Source of the DNA: Malacoraja senta
Lineage: Eukaryota
Direction: 5' to 3'
NCBI GenBank assembly: GCA_038087875.1
Contig: JAXLNO010001025.1
Location: forward strand, 124,001-188,000
Length of the DNA stretch: 64,000 bases
The position numbers were made by a program, and so were the translations under genes. How positions within the stretch are numbered: the first letter of the stretch is position 1; every line of letters begins with the position of its first letter. Of the stretch, positions 48,749-61,605 are shown one piece after another. The notes beneath the pieces were generated by a model. It made no database searches. It was given only the letters and a program-made list of their open reading frames with translations, and was not told the DNA's origin.

Positions 48749-51279
48749 TGCAGGATTGTTTGCAGAAATTATTTTAAGTTCTGTGTAAATTCCTCTGGTT
48801 TAAAGGGGATCTGATTAATTTCATTATTGAAATGAATTACTGCATTTGGGGTACAAATGTTATTATGAATGCATGATTGATTATTTCTCGTTCCGAGTCA
48901 ATCAATGCAGTGAGAAGCCGGGATTGATCTACGGCATGAAATCACAAAGCTTTAAAATCTTCACGTAGTCACTCACGTGACTCCGAAGTTAAATAGTAAG
49001 ATTAAACGAGAACTTACCTAAGTTTGAAGTTTGATCTTTATTTTATGAGGAGTTACGTAGGTGATTACGTGCCCGCCACGACCCTACCCTCTATCATAAA
49101 GGTCAGATGGAAGTTCTTGTATTACTCGTTTTATTATGAGACTATATTACTTCGGTTATTGTTTTTTGTGATTTCACACTGCTGCTTTGAAGATTGACGC
49201 GCAGGCGCACTGGCGGGGTTCTTCACGTAATCACCTACGTAACTCCTCATAAAATAAAGATCAAACTTCAAACTTAGGTAAGTTCTCGTTTAATCTTACT
49301 ATCAAATTATACACTGGCTAGATTATTGCAAACAGAATAGCAGAAAAATTTGTGTGAAATAACAGGTTGGGTATTTTGACTGAAAAAAACAGTACAAAGG
49401 AGCCGTCAACTGGGATTTGACTCTCTTTCCCATCAACATTATCAGCTGGTACATTACAGGGGCACAATTTGACATGTGCTTTGCTTGGAACCTCTGCAGC
49501 ATCGATTAGTAATACTGAGCAACATGAATGAGAAAAGCAACTTTTCTCCCTGTGGGCCAAGCCTGGGATTCCCTCAGTTTAAGAATGTCACATGCTGATA
49601 TCGCAGCCTTACTCTGACCATGTATCTCACCATCTCTGAAACCTTCACCACAAACACAACCTTCAGTAAAGGTGTCATTCTTCCAACTCTGGGCACTCGT
49701 AAGCCTGCACTCCTTTCACCTTTGTACCACTTGCTGTGTCACGTTGCAATGTTGCCCACAAGCACCAAAACTCACTCAGCAGATCCCATCTCTCCTCCTT
49801 GAAATGAGGAATGATGGTAAATGTGAATCCAGGAGTTGTCGATCTGCTGACATGAGCTCCAAATTCCAACCCGTGATCTGGGAATTTCAATTCTATTAAT
49901 AAATGCATTCCGACGTAAAACGCTTCCGTTGGTGGTGACGCATGTCGATAGTTCACTGCTGCACTTCATGGAAGGGAATGTGTCATCATATCTGTTCTGG
50001 CCAGTACGCAACTCCACACCTGTAGCAAAATGGCTACAGACTAGTGTCAGTTTAGTGTGACTGTGCTCCAGTGAAGACTTTGAGGCATTTCAGTAATTGA
50101 TAGAAACTATCTGAAATAAATTAGTGGCTGACTCTCCAGCGACAGCAGAGCAAATCATAAATGGTTAGAAGTATCAAGGTCCCCCTCCTGCTGCAGATTG
50201 GGATGAAATTCTGCATTAGATGTATTTTCCCGTTTCAGAATCATTGGGCGAGGAAGAGAATGATTTATTCATTCATTGCCCCTGACTGACCTGCACTGCC
50301 ACTTGTCTTCTGAAGCAGCATCATGAGTCTAGTTGCACTCAGCTCACTCCCGTGTGGGCACTGTTTACACACTCAGTCACTTGGACCACATGAGCTGTTT
50401 TTGCTCTCAAACACTTATTGTGGAGGGTGATTACGTTTGTGTCAGAATTAAAACTTTCAGTGAGCCTGGATATTAAAGCCTTCAGCTGCGTAGAACGCAG
50501 AGGTCATACACAATGTCTGTCTGACAGGAGACATAACATTTGTCAATGTAAGATGTTGTCTATTTCACAACCCCTCGTTCTTTAAGCAAAATGGCGAGCA
50601 AATTCCCTTCAAAAATAGTTATGTGCGTGATATTAGTGTGGATGACAGTTGTTGCAGTGTCATCAGAAATTTGTAAGCCTAGTTTAACCGTGTACAATGT
50701 TCTTGCTTTGTGAATCTTGTTTTAATCAGCAATGTGATATTGTTTAACATGTGTGTTTGCAAGATGCTCAATCCTGTCCCATATCAGTGACAGTCGTGTA
50801 GTTCCACCATCGCGGTGTCGGGGGGATATCGCCTCATATGAAACCTGGCAGAGTATAGATACTCTCCATGCTGTAAAATATTGGTAACTTCCACAAGAGA
50901 CATTTTGTCTTGCTTATCCTTGGATGATTATAACCAAACACGTCCATTCCTTGCAACATTCCTTGGATTCCCTGAGTTTCTCCTTTGGACTGAGGTCTGT
51001 GTCCGGGAGGTGGGTTAATAAATCTGTGGCAATTTGTGCTAACCACAGTTTTCACCCAAAGCCAGTATAGGACAGGAGAGCGGTTAGAGCCCTGGATCTA
51101 GCCTCACCAGTTTGCCTTTATTATAGGGTCACCCAATTTTTTACTGAGCCACTTTGACATTTCACACCGTTCACCTTAAACATCTCCTGCCTTGCGATCT
51201 CTGGGTGGTCCTTGCTGACTAGAGTCTGAGCAAGAAGAAATCTGGCCATTGGCACTGGGATGTGAAGCAGCAATGTCTG

Positions 51280-52325
51280 TAGGTATGTTACAATACTTAC
51301 CTTCAGCGGCGCTGTAATTCTGCCACTGGCCGTGTGCGCGATTTTGGCGCCTTTAAGGGGGGGGGAGGCGGGGTTAAAACGCGGGTTTCTCCTACCTTGT
51401 CCTGAATTATATTTCGTTGGAGTACAACCTTTTGCTGAAAAATCGTTCCTACGGGTGTTTTGTGTATTTTTTATTTTTATTAAATCGACAATGTCAGCGC
51501 TGGAGTCATTTTAAAATCAGCTTCTGAAGTCGTCAACGCCGACAACGGGGACGGATTTCACACACGGGACAGCTAAACGAAAGTAGTTTATTTTTTTGTA
51601 TAAAAGTGCTTCTTATGAAGCCTTTAATTCATATTTTTTCATGCGAAACGGTGATTTCCCCCCTGAAGTAACGGCAGAATTTTTCATGCCGATACGGGGT
51701 TAAATTCACCGCAAATCAACGTTCCAAATGATCGCGTTCCAGAAAACCTCACTCGCAAAGTGATTTAAATGCCCATTAATTTACAGGTATTAAACATTCA
51801 ATTCCTTCCATTTGGCCTGTAAATCCATGACAATGAGATTTAAAAATTATGTTATATTGTGAATTCTTGTGTGAATGTTATTTGGACACTTAGGCTATTT
51901 AAAAATGTTAATCTATTCTTAAGAAATTGATAGATGTTTAGATCTAGTAATTGAATATTGTAATTAGCTACAATTAGGTAACTAACTAATTATATGCTTT
52001 AATTTCATGTCATCTAAGTAAGATTGTTTCATATTTGTTTCAGAATGCTTCAATCTATAATAACTGAAAATTTCTTTCAGTTCTCTTAATTTTTAAGAAA
52101 GTTATGGGCTTTTGACTGTCCTCGATCACAGCTTTTGTGTTAGGTCAATGGAAAAGCAATAGGGAACAAGATGCTAATTTCCGAGTATGAAAATGGCCAT
52201 AAGTTTTTTAATACTGAAGATATGAAAGTGAATCAGGTGTCAAATTAAACTTATTTTTATGCTTTATCTGATGGGATAAATTGCAGACTTTATTTTTAAA
52301 ATCTCAAAATTTTGTAACATTGCTA
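51280..52325. mobile_element. Non-autonomous ~1.05-kb TIR DNA element
   Basis: Termini TAGGTATGTTACAA / TTGTAACATTGCTA, flanking direct repeat ATGTCTG; inverted copy at 26552-27590. Confidence 0.8.
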
Positions 52326-52495
52326 ATGTCTGCAAATGAATGAACATACAGGCAACGTGGAGGGGAGAGGGAGGCAGCTTGAATTGGGTATTCCCCCCAC
52401 TCTGGTACACTTTGATCCCAATGGATACCAGGGGTTGGATTTGAATCTTATAAATGGGTTGCAATAATAGAATGACAAATTCCATACGCAGCCAA

Positions 52496-52623
52496 TTACT
52501 TTATTTCACACTTTCCTGCCCAACAATGATACTGCCGGGTAGAACCATCTGAGAATGTCACATTGAGATTACTCTGGTAGAAGAACTTCGGCAGACACTT
52601 CGAACAGCCGGGACATTCTCCAC
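52496..52623 (-). CDS. IgW: Short-form secretory exon sec1 (cysteine-rich tail GGECPGCSKCLPKFFYQSNLNVTFSDGSTRQYHCWAGKCEIK*)
   Basis: Phase-1 acceptor ttccatttccag|GT, 5 Cys, N-V-T sequon, stop TAA; resembles the skate IgX/IgW short-form tail as recalled. Confidence 0.88.
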
Positions 52624-52859
52624 CTGGAAATGGAAGATTCATTGATTTAAATGTTAAGAGATTTTCACCTCCTGTGTTGAGGAAACAGGAGATCCACATA
52701 TTCCCAGTCTGTGTCCTCAGTATTTATCAGCATGAGATTATGCCGACCACAATAAACTGCTTCACTTTGTCCAGGATCAGACAACACTTTAAAGAGGGTG
52801 GAGATGAGTTCAAAAATAATCCAGGGCACCGACATTTCAATGAAAGGGCAATCTACAGG

Positions 52860-53703
52860 TGACTAGGACAGGTTGGGTGAGTGGGCAGATGCATGGCAGA
52901 TGCAATTTAATGTGGATAAATGTGAGGTTATCCACTTTGGTAGCAAAAATAGGAAGGCAGATTACTATCTAAATTGGGTCAAGTTGGGAAATGGGGAAGT
53001 ACAATGGGATCTTGGGGTCCTTATTCATCAGTCAATGAAAGTAAGCATGAAGGTACAGCAGGGAGTGAAGAAAGCGAATGGCATGATGGCCTTTATAACA
53101 AGAGGAGTTGAGTATAGGAGCAAAGAGGTCCTTCTGTAGTTGTACAGGGCCCTAGTGAGACCACACCTGGAGTATTGTGTGCAGTTTTGGTCCCCTAATG
53201 CGAGGAAGGACATTCTTGCTATTGAGGGAGTGCAGCGTAGGTTCATCAAGTTAATTCCTGGAATGGCGGGACTATCATATGCTGAGAGAATGGAGTAGCT
53301 GGGCTTGTATACCCTGGAGTTTAGAACGATGAGAGGAGATCTTATTGAAACATATAAGATTATTAAGGGTTTGGACACGCTAGAGGCAAGAAACATGTTC
53401 CTGATGTAGGGAGAGTCCAGAACCAGGGGCCATCTTTTAAGAATAAGGGGTAAGCCATTTAGAAAGGAGATGAGGAAACACTTTTTCTCACAGTTGTGAG
53501 TCTGTGGAATTATCTTCCTCAGAGGGTGGTGGAGGCCGGTTCTCTGGATACTTTCAAGAGAGAGCAAGATAGGGCTTTTAAAGACAGCGGAGTCAGTGGA
53601 TATGGGGAGAGGCAAGAACGTGGTACTGATTGGGGATGATCAACCATGATCATATTGAATGGCGGTGCTGGCTCGAAGGCCTACTCCTGCACCTATTGTC
53701 TAT
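52860..53703 (+). mobile_element. CR1 LINE 3' fragment
   Basis: WQMQFNVDKCEV, KKANGM motifs; CR1 3' UTR. Confidence 0.85.
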
Positions 53704-54069
53704 ACAGAACACTCAGGAAACAGTGGAAAAAGATGAATTTGGAGAAAGTAACACAAAGAAGACAGTGAGAAGGGAAGAGAGATCTTCTCCAGATATCGAA
53801 TGGGACCGGTGGTTTATTCACTGTCCCATTTTTCTTACCACTACACACAAAGGCAACCAGAGGAGTGAGAGTAAACACACTGGTGACCTTCCTCTCTACA
53901 TGTCCTGTAGAATGAGTTAGAATTACTGATGGAAAGCATTGGCTTAAATTACAAAAAGCCAAATCTGAACATAATACATCGCAACAGGACTGATCCCAGG
54001 GACAGGAATTTGGTGGAAATGTCAGTAAGATTGTTTAATACTGTAAGTAAATTAACTGACACCACTCAC

Positions 54070-54378
54070 CCTCTTGATATCTCATGTTGATCCTGTCACT
54101 GAAGCCGGAAGGCGCGTGGGTCACTTCACAAGTATATTCCTGTTTGGTGGTCCATTCCTCCACACGCAACGGCAGGTAAGCAACTGTTTCAAATCCACCG
54201 TTAGTTCCCGCAGTGGACGGGAGAATTACACCCGCTTGATTAAGTCCAGCTTTTTTCCAGGAAACTTTAATATTGTCAGGAGAGAATCCGGATATCATGC
54301 AGCCCAGGACAGCAATTGTTTGATTGTGGAGAACCTCCGGAGATGGAACAAGTGGGATGAGCTGTGGAGCTCTAGAAG
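54070..54378 (-). CDS. IgW: IgW CH2 exon
   Basis: Acceptor tgttgcag|CT, donor GAGG|GTGAG, 309 nt; ASRAPQLIPLVPS...LGCMISGFSP...VSWKK...EWTTKQEYTCEVTH. Confidence 0.95.
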
Positions 54379-55575
54379 CTGCAACATATAAAATATCTGT
54401 TATAACATGATTCCTTCAGCCACAGTGTAGGATTCCACTCTCCCAGCATCTGGGACAAGTGCCCCAGTACCAGCCCTCCCCACAATGCTGGTGATATGCC
54501 AGTGATGTGTTGATACGGTGGGTCCCACAGTGAGGTGCTGGTCAGGGCTGTGATTGGGAGGCTGGGTTAGAACACAGGCCTCCCCAGCAGTGTGGGCCAC
54601 TCTGCAGTGGTAAGGGTGGAGGTAAGTGGCATACAGACCATCTGTGATCTCAGTGTGTGCTGGAGCAGACAGAGGAATAGATGAGACAACTGTTTCTACT
54701 GGCAGGAGGTTTGGGAATCACAACTTTAAGTTGTCTTCACCTCCACTTTGTCTGTAACTCGTTTTCACCGAGCCCACAGCTATCAATGGCCCCGTTTCCT
54801 TTATCAGCATTACTTTTTTGCATATCTTTCGTTCATTAGTTCTATATCTCTCTATATCACCGTATATATCTCTCTTTTCCCTTTCACTGACTCTCAGTCT
54901 GAAGAAGGGTCTCATCCCAAAACGTCACCAACTCCTTTTCTCCAGAGATGCTGTCTGACCCGCTGAGTTACTCCAGCTGTTTATCTTCACTTTAAACCAG
55001 CATCTGCAGTTCCTTCTGACACAACTTTAAGTTTAATGGGAAAGGAGTTCAGATGGACGAGAAGCTTATTTTGTTATGACAGCAATGATTTGATCAGAAA
55101 TGGAAGGCAGTGGTTAAAAGTGAGAGTGGAAGCAGATTCATGTCATTCCCACAAGTAGACTGGATTTCACTTGGTGAGGGGTCGGCTGCAGGGTTGAGGG
55201 GAAAGTGCAGGAAGAGTGAGGAAGGTTTAAATCCCCACACTGTGCACGGGCACAATAGGTGTGGCTCTGTGCACAGCAGCTGATCTGCAGGGAGGTGTTT
55301 GGGGTGGAAGAGAGCTGCAGGAATTAGACAAAGCAGTGGATAGAATGGAGGCAGCTCAAGACGAGATGCTTCCTCTGTGAATTACCCCCCCCCCCACCAT
55401 TATCTCCTTCCACAAAAATTCTCACTGTCTTTTTCCTTGTGCAGCAGCACTCTGGCTGATAGGAGGAGAATGAATGAGCAACATAAGTAATTTGCTTCCT
55501 CCTACATTGTTCGACAAAGGCTTCCACTTCAGTTCAATCATCAGCTTTAAATGGACAACAAAATCTCACACTAAC

Positions 55576-55884
55576 CTTGAGGCTTCTGGATCTCCGTTCT
55601 CACCATGTTGTCCTGCTTGAATCCTGCCTTGCAGTAGTAGACGTTATTCCTGTTCCAATGTGCCGCAGGGACTCGCAGCAAGCTGCTCATTGTGTACTTG
55701 TTGTTTTGTCCCAACACTGGTGGGTACTTTGTGATTCCAGCGGTGATGTCCCCACTGCTGGTGGACCATGTCTGACTGATGATCTCAGGCTGGTAGTCCT
55801 TGACCAGACAGAGGAGGCTGACCTCTTGGTCAGATTCTGTGTTGCAGGAAGAGGTGATGTGGACTGAAGGCAAGGTCTTAATAT
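55576..55884 (-). CDS. IgW: IgW CH1 exon
   Basis: Acceptor acatttcag|AT, donor CAAG|GTTAG, 309 nt phase 1-1; DIKTLPSVHITSSC...SLLCLVKDYQP...W...YYCKAG. Confidence 0.95.
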
Positions 55885-58185
55885 CTGAAATGTAAATAAA
55901 GTAACAGTTGGTTCTGTAGTAAATGGATTATTACCAGCGCGTGCAACAGGTTCATGCTGATTGCTGAGTAAATGCAGGTGATTCAGGCTGAGAGAAGGTC
56001 AGGCAGAGCAGAGAAATGGTTCCTTTCACAATCCCTTTCACACCATGCATGACCAAGCAGTGAAATGCTGATCTCACACTGGCCACTGGGGAGGCAACTT
56101 CTACCAACCAGAGGGACAAACCGGCCTGTGCTGTGGATGATGTGTCCCAGGTCAGGAAGCACATGGTACGGTGCCAGATGGACCACATCCACAACCACGG
56201 GGCCAAATGGTGCTGGATCTGGCCTGTTGTGGACCTTCCTCACGCTGGGCCCCAGGGAGTGTTGTACAACTAAGGGATCTTGGAGTACAGGTACACAGAT
56301 CCCAGGAAGCGTTGTCACAGGTAAATAGGTAAAAAAAGCTCTTCATGAGTCAGGGAATTGGTATACAGTAATCCCTCATTTTAACGGACCCCTTTATAAC
56401 AGATTTTGGATAAAGCAGACGGACCTACTGATAGCACCCTTGCACGCATGGCTCTTGACCGCTTAGAGCCCCGGCTTCCAACTCCACCCCTGACTCGCAA
56501 GTGAGCCCTTCTTCACCCACCACCATATGGTCCGTGATGCTGCTGTTGTTGTGGCTAATGGAGCCCCCGAGATGAGCGCTTTCTTCAAGCTGCTGTCCTC
56601 GACAGGACGTGCTTGGTCACCATGAGGCTCCCTCCCCTCCCACCTGCTGCTGCTTCAAAGTGTCGGCTCTTCACTCTGTCCACTCCCTACTCGACCGCCA
56701 TCTGCCCCTCGTCCTCCCCTCGCTCTGTCCACTCAGCCTCTTCCCCCTCCCCCCTCCACCACCATCTCCTCCTCCTTCTCCCTGGAGTCACCAACATACT
56801 GCACCTTGGAAGCAGCAGCTGGTGAGAGGAGAGGGTGCCCCATGGTGAGCGTGCACCCTGTCAGTTACAGCGGCCTGAAGAAAGCACTGCCAGCCAGAGG
56901 CTACAATGTGAGCCACAACCACAGCCGTGTCACCGGACCGTGCGGTGGATAAAGAAGGACTCGCTGGTGCAGAGCAGAGGCAATGGCGCCTAGTTTTAAG
57001 GTGAAATGACACAAAGTGTTTGAGTAACCCAGTAGACTGAATCAGTCTGAAGAAGAGTCCCCACCTCACCTATCGATGTTCTCCAGAGATGCTCCCTGAC
57101 CAGTTGAGTTACTCCAGCACTTTGTGTCTTTTTGTGTATTAACCAGCATCTGCATTCTTTGTTTCAACTACATACATGGATAAAACCTTACTCGTTTAAA
57201 GCAGAGATTTTGCAATAATGGATACTATCCCGCCACACCATGGTCCGTTAAAATGAGGGTTTACTGTTCAGAAGTTGGATGTTGTACTAGAGTGTTACAA
57301 GAAATCGGTGAGGCTGAATTTGGAATACAATGTTGAGTTTTCATCAAGCTACTCTGGGAAAGGTATCATTAGGCTAGAAGAGTGCTGAGAAGATTTACAA
57401 GAATGTTGCCAGGACTCAAGGGCCTGAGCTGGAGGGAAAAGTAGGGCAGGCTCGGACTACTCCTTTATACCTCTAAAAGGCAGAAGTGATCCTATAAAGG
57501 TGTATAAAATCATGAGGGGAATAGATAGGGTGAATGCAGTCTTTTACACAGGATAGGGGAATCAAGATATAGGTGTAAGATGAGAGGAACAAGATTTAAT
57601 GGGAATGTGTGGGGAACTTTCTCATAAACAGGGTGGTGGGTATATGGAACAGGCTGCCAGAGGAAACAGTTGAGGCAGGTACGATAACAGCATTTAAAAG
57701 ACACTTGGACAGATACATAGATAGGAAAGGATTAGATGTAAACATGGACTATCATACATGGGGCATCAGGCTGCCTTGCACGAGCTGAGCTGAAGGGCCT
57801 GTTTCCATGCTGTATGACTATGCCTCTGATTTATTAATGGGCTGGGAAATGCTTTGAGATGTCCTGGGGTTGTGGAAACCTTCAACAAAATAAAAAACCA
57901 GCAAATAGAAGTGGAAATAGCGTGGTTGTCAGAAACTGTACTGAAAGAGTTTGATGAAAGAGCACTGAAGTGAAAGGGTGATTCTGCTTCTCTCCCCACA
58001 GATGCTGACTGAGCTGCCGAGTGTTTTGTGCAGGAGGCTCAATAATGTCAGGCGGAGAGATTAGCAGCTCACAGTGTTTTCCATCCCGGGATCAGCAGGT
58101 GATGAGTGCAGTTTAATTTGGATCAATGTTCCTAATATGGTCAGGAGGTGGGTCAGGGACTGGAAAACACATCATACTGGCAACT

Positions 58186-58573
58186 GGTGCTGGGGTGAGG
58201 AGCTGGGTGCTGGGGTGAGGAGCAGCAGGTTGCTGGGGTGAGCAACAGGGTGCTGGGGTGAGCAACAGGGTGCTGGGGTGAGCAACAGGGTGCTGGGGTG
58301 AGCAACAGGGTGCTGGGGTGGAGCAGCAGGGTGCTGTGGTGGAGCAGCAGGGTGCTGTGGTGGAGCAGCAGGGTGCTGGGGTGAGGAGCAGCAGGGTGCT
58401 GGGGTGAGGAGCAGCAGGGTGCTGGGGTGAGCAACAGGGTGCTGGGGTGAGGAGCTGGGTGCTGGGGTGAGGAGCTGGGTGCTGGGGTGAGGAGCTGGGT
58501 GCTGGGGTGAGGAGCTGGGTGCTGGGGTGAGGAGCAGGATGCTGGGGGGCACAGTAGTGTGCTGGGGTGAGGA
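58186..58573. repeat. G-rich (plus strand) ~20-nt minisatellite, core GGTGCTGGGGTGAGGAGCTG / GGTGCTGGGGTGAGCAACAG
   Basis: About 18-19 imperfect tandem units of 20-23 nt in the J-C intron. Confidence 0.95.
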
Positions 58574-59479
58574 GGGGCAATAAACTGCCCGTCTGGGTTG
58601 CCATCCTGGGGTCATTTAGTGCCAATTGCATTGCTGGGTCAGAAATAGGCTCGACTGGGTAAGGACAATAGGTCTCCTTCGCTGAGGGACAGCAGGGAAA
58701 CTGAGAGGTCATCATCACTGTGGATTAGTGCACAAACTCCAGGTTATTAACAAAAGAAAATCTGACACAGATCCAATCTGTCCCAGATTATGAACAGAGT
58801 ATAAATTCCACAGTTGTTGCGGAATTAAACTGGGGTCTGATTGCAGCCTGATGCCCGTCCATTGGATCACTGTGGTGCCTCGGACAACATTTCCCCCTCA
58901 CCAGCAGTTTGCCGATTCTGCTGTGTGCAGAGTGGATCCACAGTCCCTCCTTTACAACACGGCTCTATTGTGAACATGCCTCACTGCCTGTGAAGCGCTC
59001 GGGGACACCATGAAAGGTGCTCTGTGAATGACCACTGAGATTCACTGAGACACCAGCAGCCCTGGTTAATGGAGCAAAGCACTTGTTGGACAAACCCAGT
59101 CGGCTGATGGAGGAGGGCAGGAAATTAGAGCCAATTCCTCCATCTGTGAACTGGGAAAAAGCAGTTCTTTTGTGCAGCAAAACTCACGTCAAAAACACCA
59201 AACAACTTGACTCAGAATCTAAACTACGCGCATCAGTGAATTCACAATGAAGAATAAAAGGTCTTGACTTACTAAGGATCTCTAAATGTTGAAATTCAAT
59301 ACAAGATGCAAAGAAAACCAGGTGTACTAAAACCAACATCTAGAACCATGTACAACATTCTCTCATTATGTTCAAATCATTCATTATTGTGAACCTTTGT
59401 TTTTGAACCGGCATCAATTTGTTTTACAATCTAGAGAATGTTCTGTGTTCTTAAGCATTTACACAAGGATTGTTTGACA

Positions 59480-59790
59480 GACCAATGTAGAGGGAGCTTG
59501 ACTCTGTCAAACACTCTGTCCCTGCACTGGGAGTATGTAACAGTGTAGAGGGAACTTCACTCAGTGTCTAACCCATACCCTGGGTGTGTGTGGGGACAGT
59601 GTAGAGGGAACTTCACTCAGTGACTAACCTGTACCCTGGTTATGTGTGGGGACAGTGTAGAGGGAACTTCACTCAGTGACTGACCTGTAATCCGTGTGTG
59701 TGTGGGGACAGGTTGGAGGGAGCCTCACTCCTTGTCTAACCTGTGCTGTCCCTTCCCTGGGAGCATTGGGACAGGACAGATGGAACTTTG
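59480..59790. repeat. Degenerate ~58-nt tandem repeat (GGGACAGTGTAGAGGGAACTTCACTCAGTG...)
   Basis: 4-5 imperfect tandem units. Confidence 0.75.
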
Positions 59791-59989
59791 TATCTAATCT
59801 GTAGCTGACAGCACAGTGACACGGGGAGATTTATTCAGCATTTGACTCATGCTCTGTCTACCCTGGATGTGTTTGATGGGATCGCTTTGTGGGAGCAGGT
59901 AGTGGAGTCATAGCGTCATAGATTAATAGTATGGAAACAGGCAGATACTGAAGCGTAATTGAAGAAGGACATTAGGGCCAAGCCAGGGA

Positions 59990-61380
59990 TCTACACCAGT
60001 GAGCCTAACATCATTGATGGGAATGTCCTTAGGGACAGGAACTACCAGTATTTGGATAGGCATAGACTGATTAGGGATAGTCCTAAGTTTACAAGATCTA
60101 GATCACTTGGGAGGGTGGGCCAAGGATTAGGGACAGCATGGCTTGTGTTGGGGAAATTGTCCCTCATGAACCTGATAAGGTTCAACAAGGTCTGGCATGG
60201 TGGGCTGGCGTGGAAGGTTAGATCACATGAAACCCACATGAGCTAAATTAGCTTGGAGGAAGTGGACTGCTGCAGGGGTGAGTGCTGAGACCACTGTTGT
60301 TGGTTATCTACATTAACAGTTTGCCATACAATATAGTGGACATTGATAGTAAATTTGCAGATTACACCAAAATCAGTGCATGAGTGGACAGTGAGAAGGA
60401 TAAGTTTACAAGAAGATCTACATCAGTTGGGAAGGGGAGCCAAGGAATACCAAATGGAATTTAACTCTGACAAGTGAGGGGGGGTTGAACTTTGGTGGAT
60501 CAAACCAGGGATGGACTTACACAGTAAATGGTAGAGCCTGGAGAGTGTTGTAGAACAGACAGATGTGGTAATGCAGGGGCATGGTTCGCTGAGAGTGGCG
60601 AGTTAGGTGGACAGGGAGCTGAGGTGGCTTTTGGCAGACTGCCTTCAATGGGAAGGGTACTGAGTATAAACGTTGGGACATGATGATGCAGCTGCACAAG
60701 TCATTGGTGAGACCACACTTGGAGTAAGTACTGTGTGCAGTTCTGGTCACCCAGCTACAGGAAGGATGTCATTATATTGGGAAGGACTTGGAAAAGATTC
60801 ACCACAAGATATTATACAATCAATACAATACAATCAGTTTTATTCGTCACTTGCACATAAAGTGCAAGTGAAATGAAAAAGAACACACAAAACACAATAA
60901 AAATTTAACACAAACATCCACCACAGTATTCATCACTGTGGTGGAAGGCACAACATTTGGCCAGTCTTCCTCCACATGTCTGGACATGTGGGGTTCTGTT
61001 TTAGGGAGAGGGAGGATAAGGTGGGTTTTTTTTCCTTTGGAACAAAGGACACTAGGCGGCAACCTTATTGAGGTGAACAAGATCATGAGGGGCATGGATA
61101 AGGTGCACACTCACAGGCTTTTTCCCAGGATAGAGTTTCTAAAACAAGAGGACACAGGCGTAAGGTGCGTGGGGAGAGATTTAAAAGGGGACTTCATGGG
61201 GCATTTTTATTCACATTGGGTCGGCAGTATCTGGAATGAGTTGCCAGAGGGAACTATAAAAGCAGATAGAATTACGATTATCAAAAAAATCCTGTATATG
61301 GATGAGAAGGATATGTGGCCAATGGGACGAGCCCAGAAAGCCGGCTTGGTCGGCATGCACAAAATGGACTGAAGGCAAAT
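59990..61380 (+). mobile_element. Old degenerate CR1 LINE
   Basis: Scattered CR1 RT/3' similarity with many stops. Confidence 0.6.
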
Positions 61381-61605
61381 GATGGCGAGACTCAGGGAAA
61401 GAGCATACTGTGGGGCAGTTCAACGTGCTGGGAAATGTACTGTTGCTGGGTAGATTCTAACTCTGGAGAAACCCGCCTGTGTCCGGGAAACCCGTGCAAT
61501 TGTTCCAAATATCTCACCGAGTTCAAGTCAATTACAGAATTCGCAAAGACCATAAATTAATAAAAAACACAACTGGGTAAAATGGAATTGAGGAATTGGT
61601 CTTAC

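Larger units (their letters stand above)
44621..49300 (+). mobile_element. DIRS1-type tyrosine-recombinase retrotransposon, structurally complete, ORFs disrupted
   Basis: ITRs (44646-44680 vs 49195-49229), internal complementary region ~48959-49071, gag-RT/RNaseH-methyltransferase-YR order; absent from the paralogous site at ~41359. Confidence 0.93.
39440..50644. repeat. Tandem duplication of a 3262-bp unit (39440-42701 and 42702-50644, the latter interrupted by DIRS)
   Basis: Near-identical colinear sequence at constant ~3262 offset; ACAG microhomology at 39440, 42702 and 50645. Confidence 0.92.

Noticed and set aside
58113-58718. 201-aa Pro/His/Ala-rich ORF and overlapping ORFs
   Set aside because: Translations of the minisatellite; no coding evidence
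58700-60945. Isolated CACTGTG heptamers in the J-C intron as extra D/J signals
   Set aside because: No acceptable nonamer at 12 or 23 spacing and no J-like coding sequence
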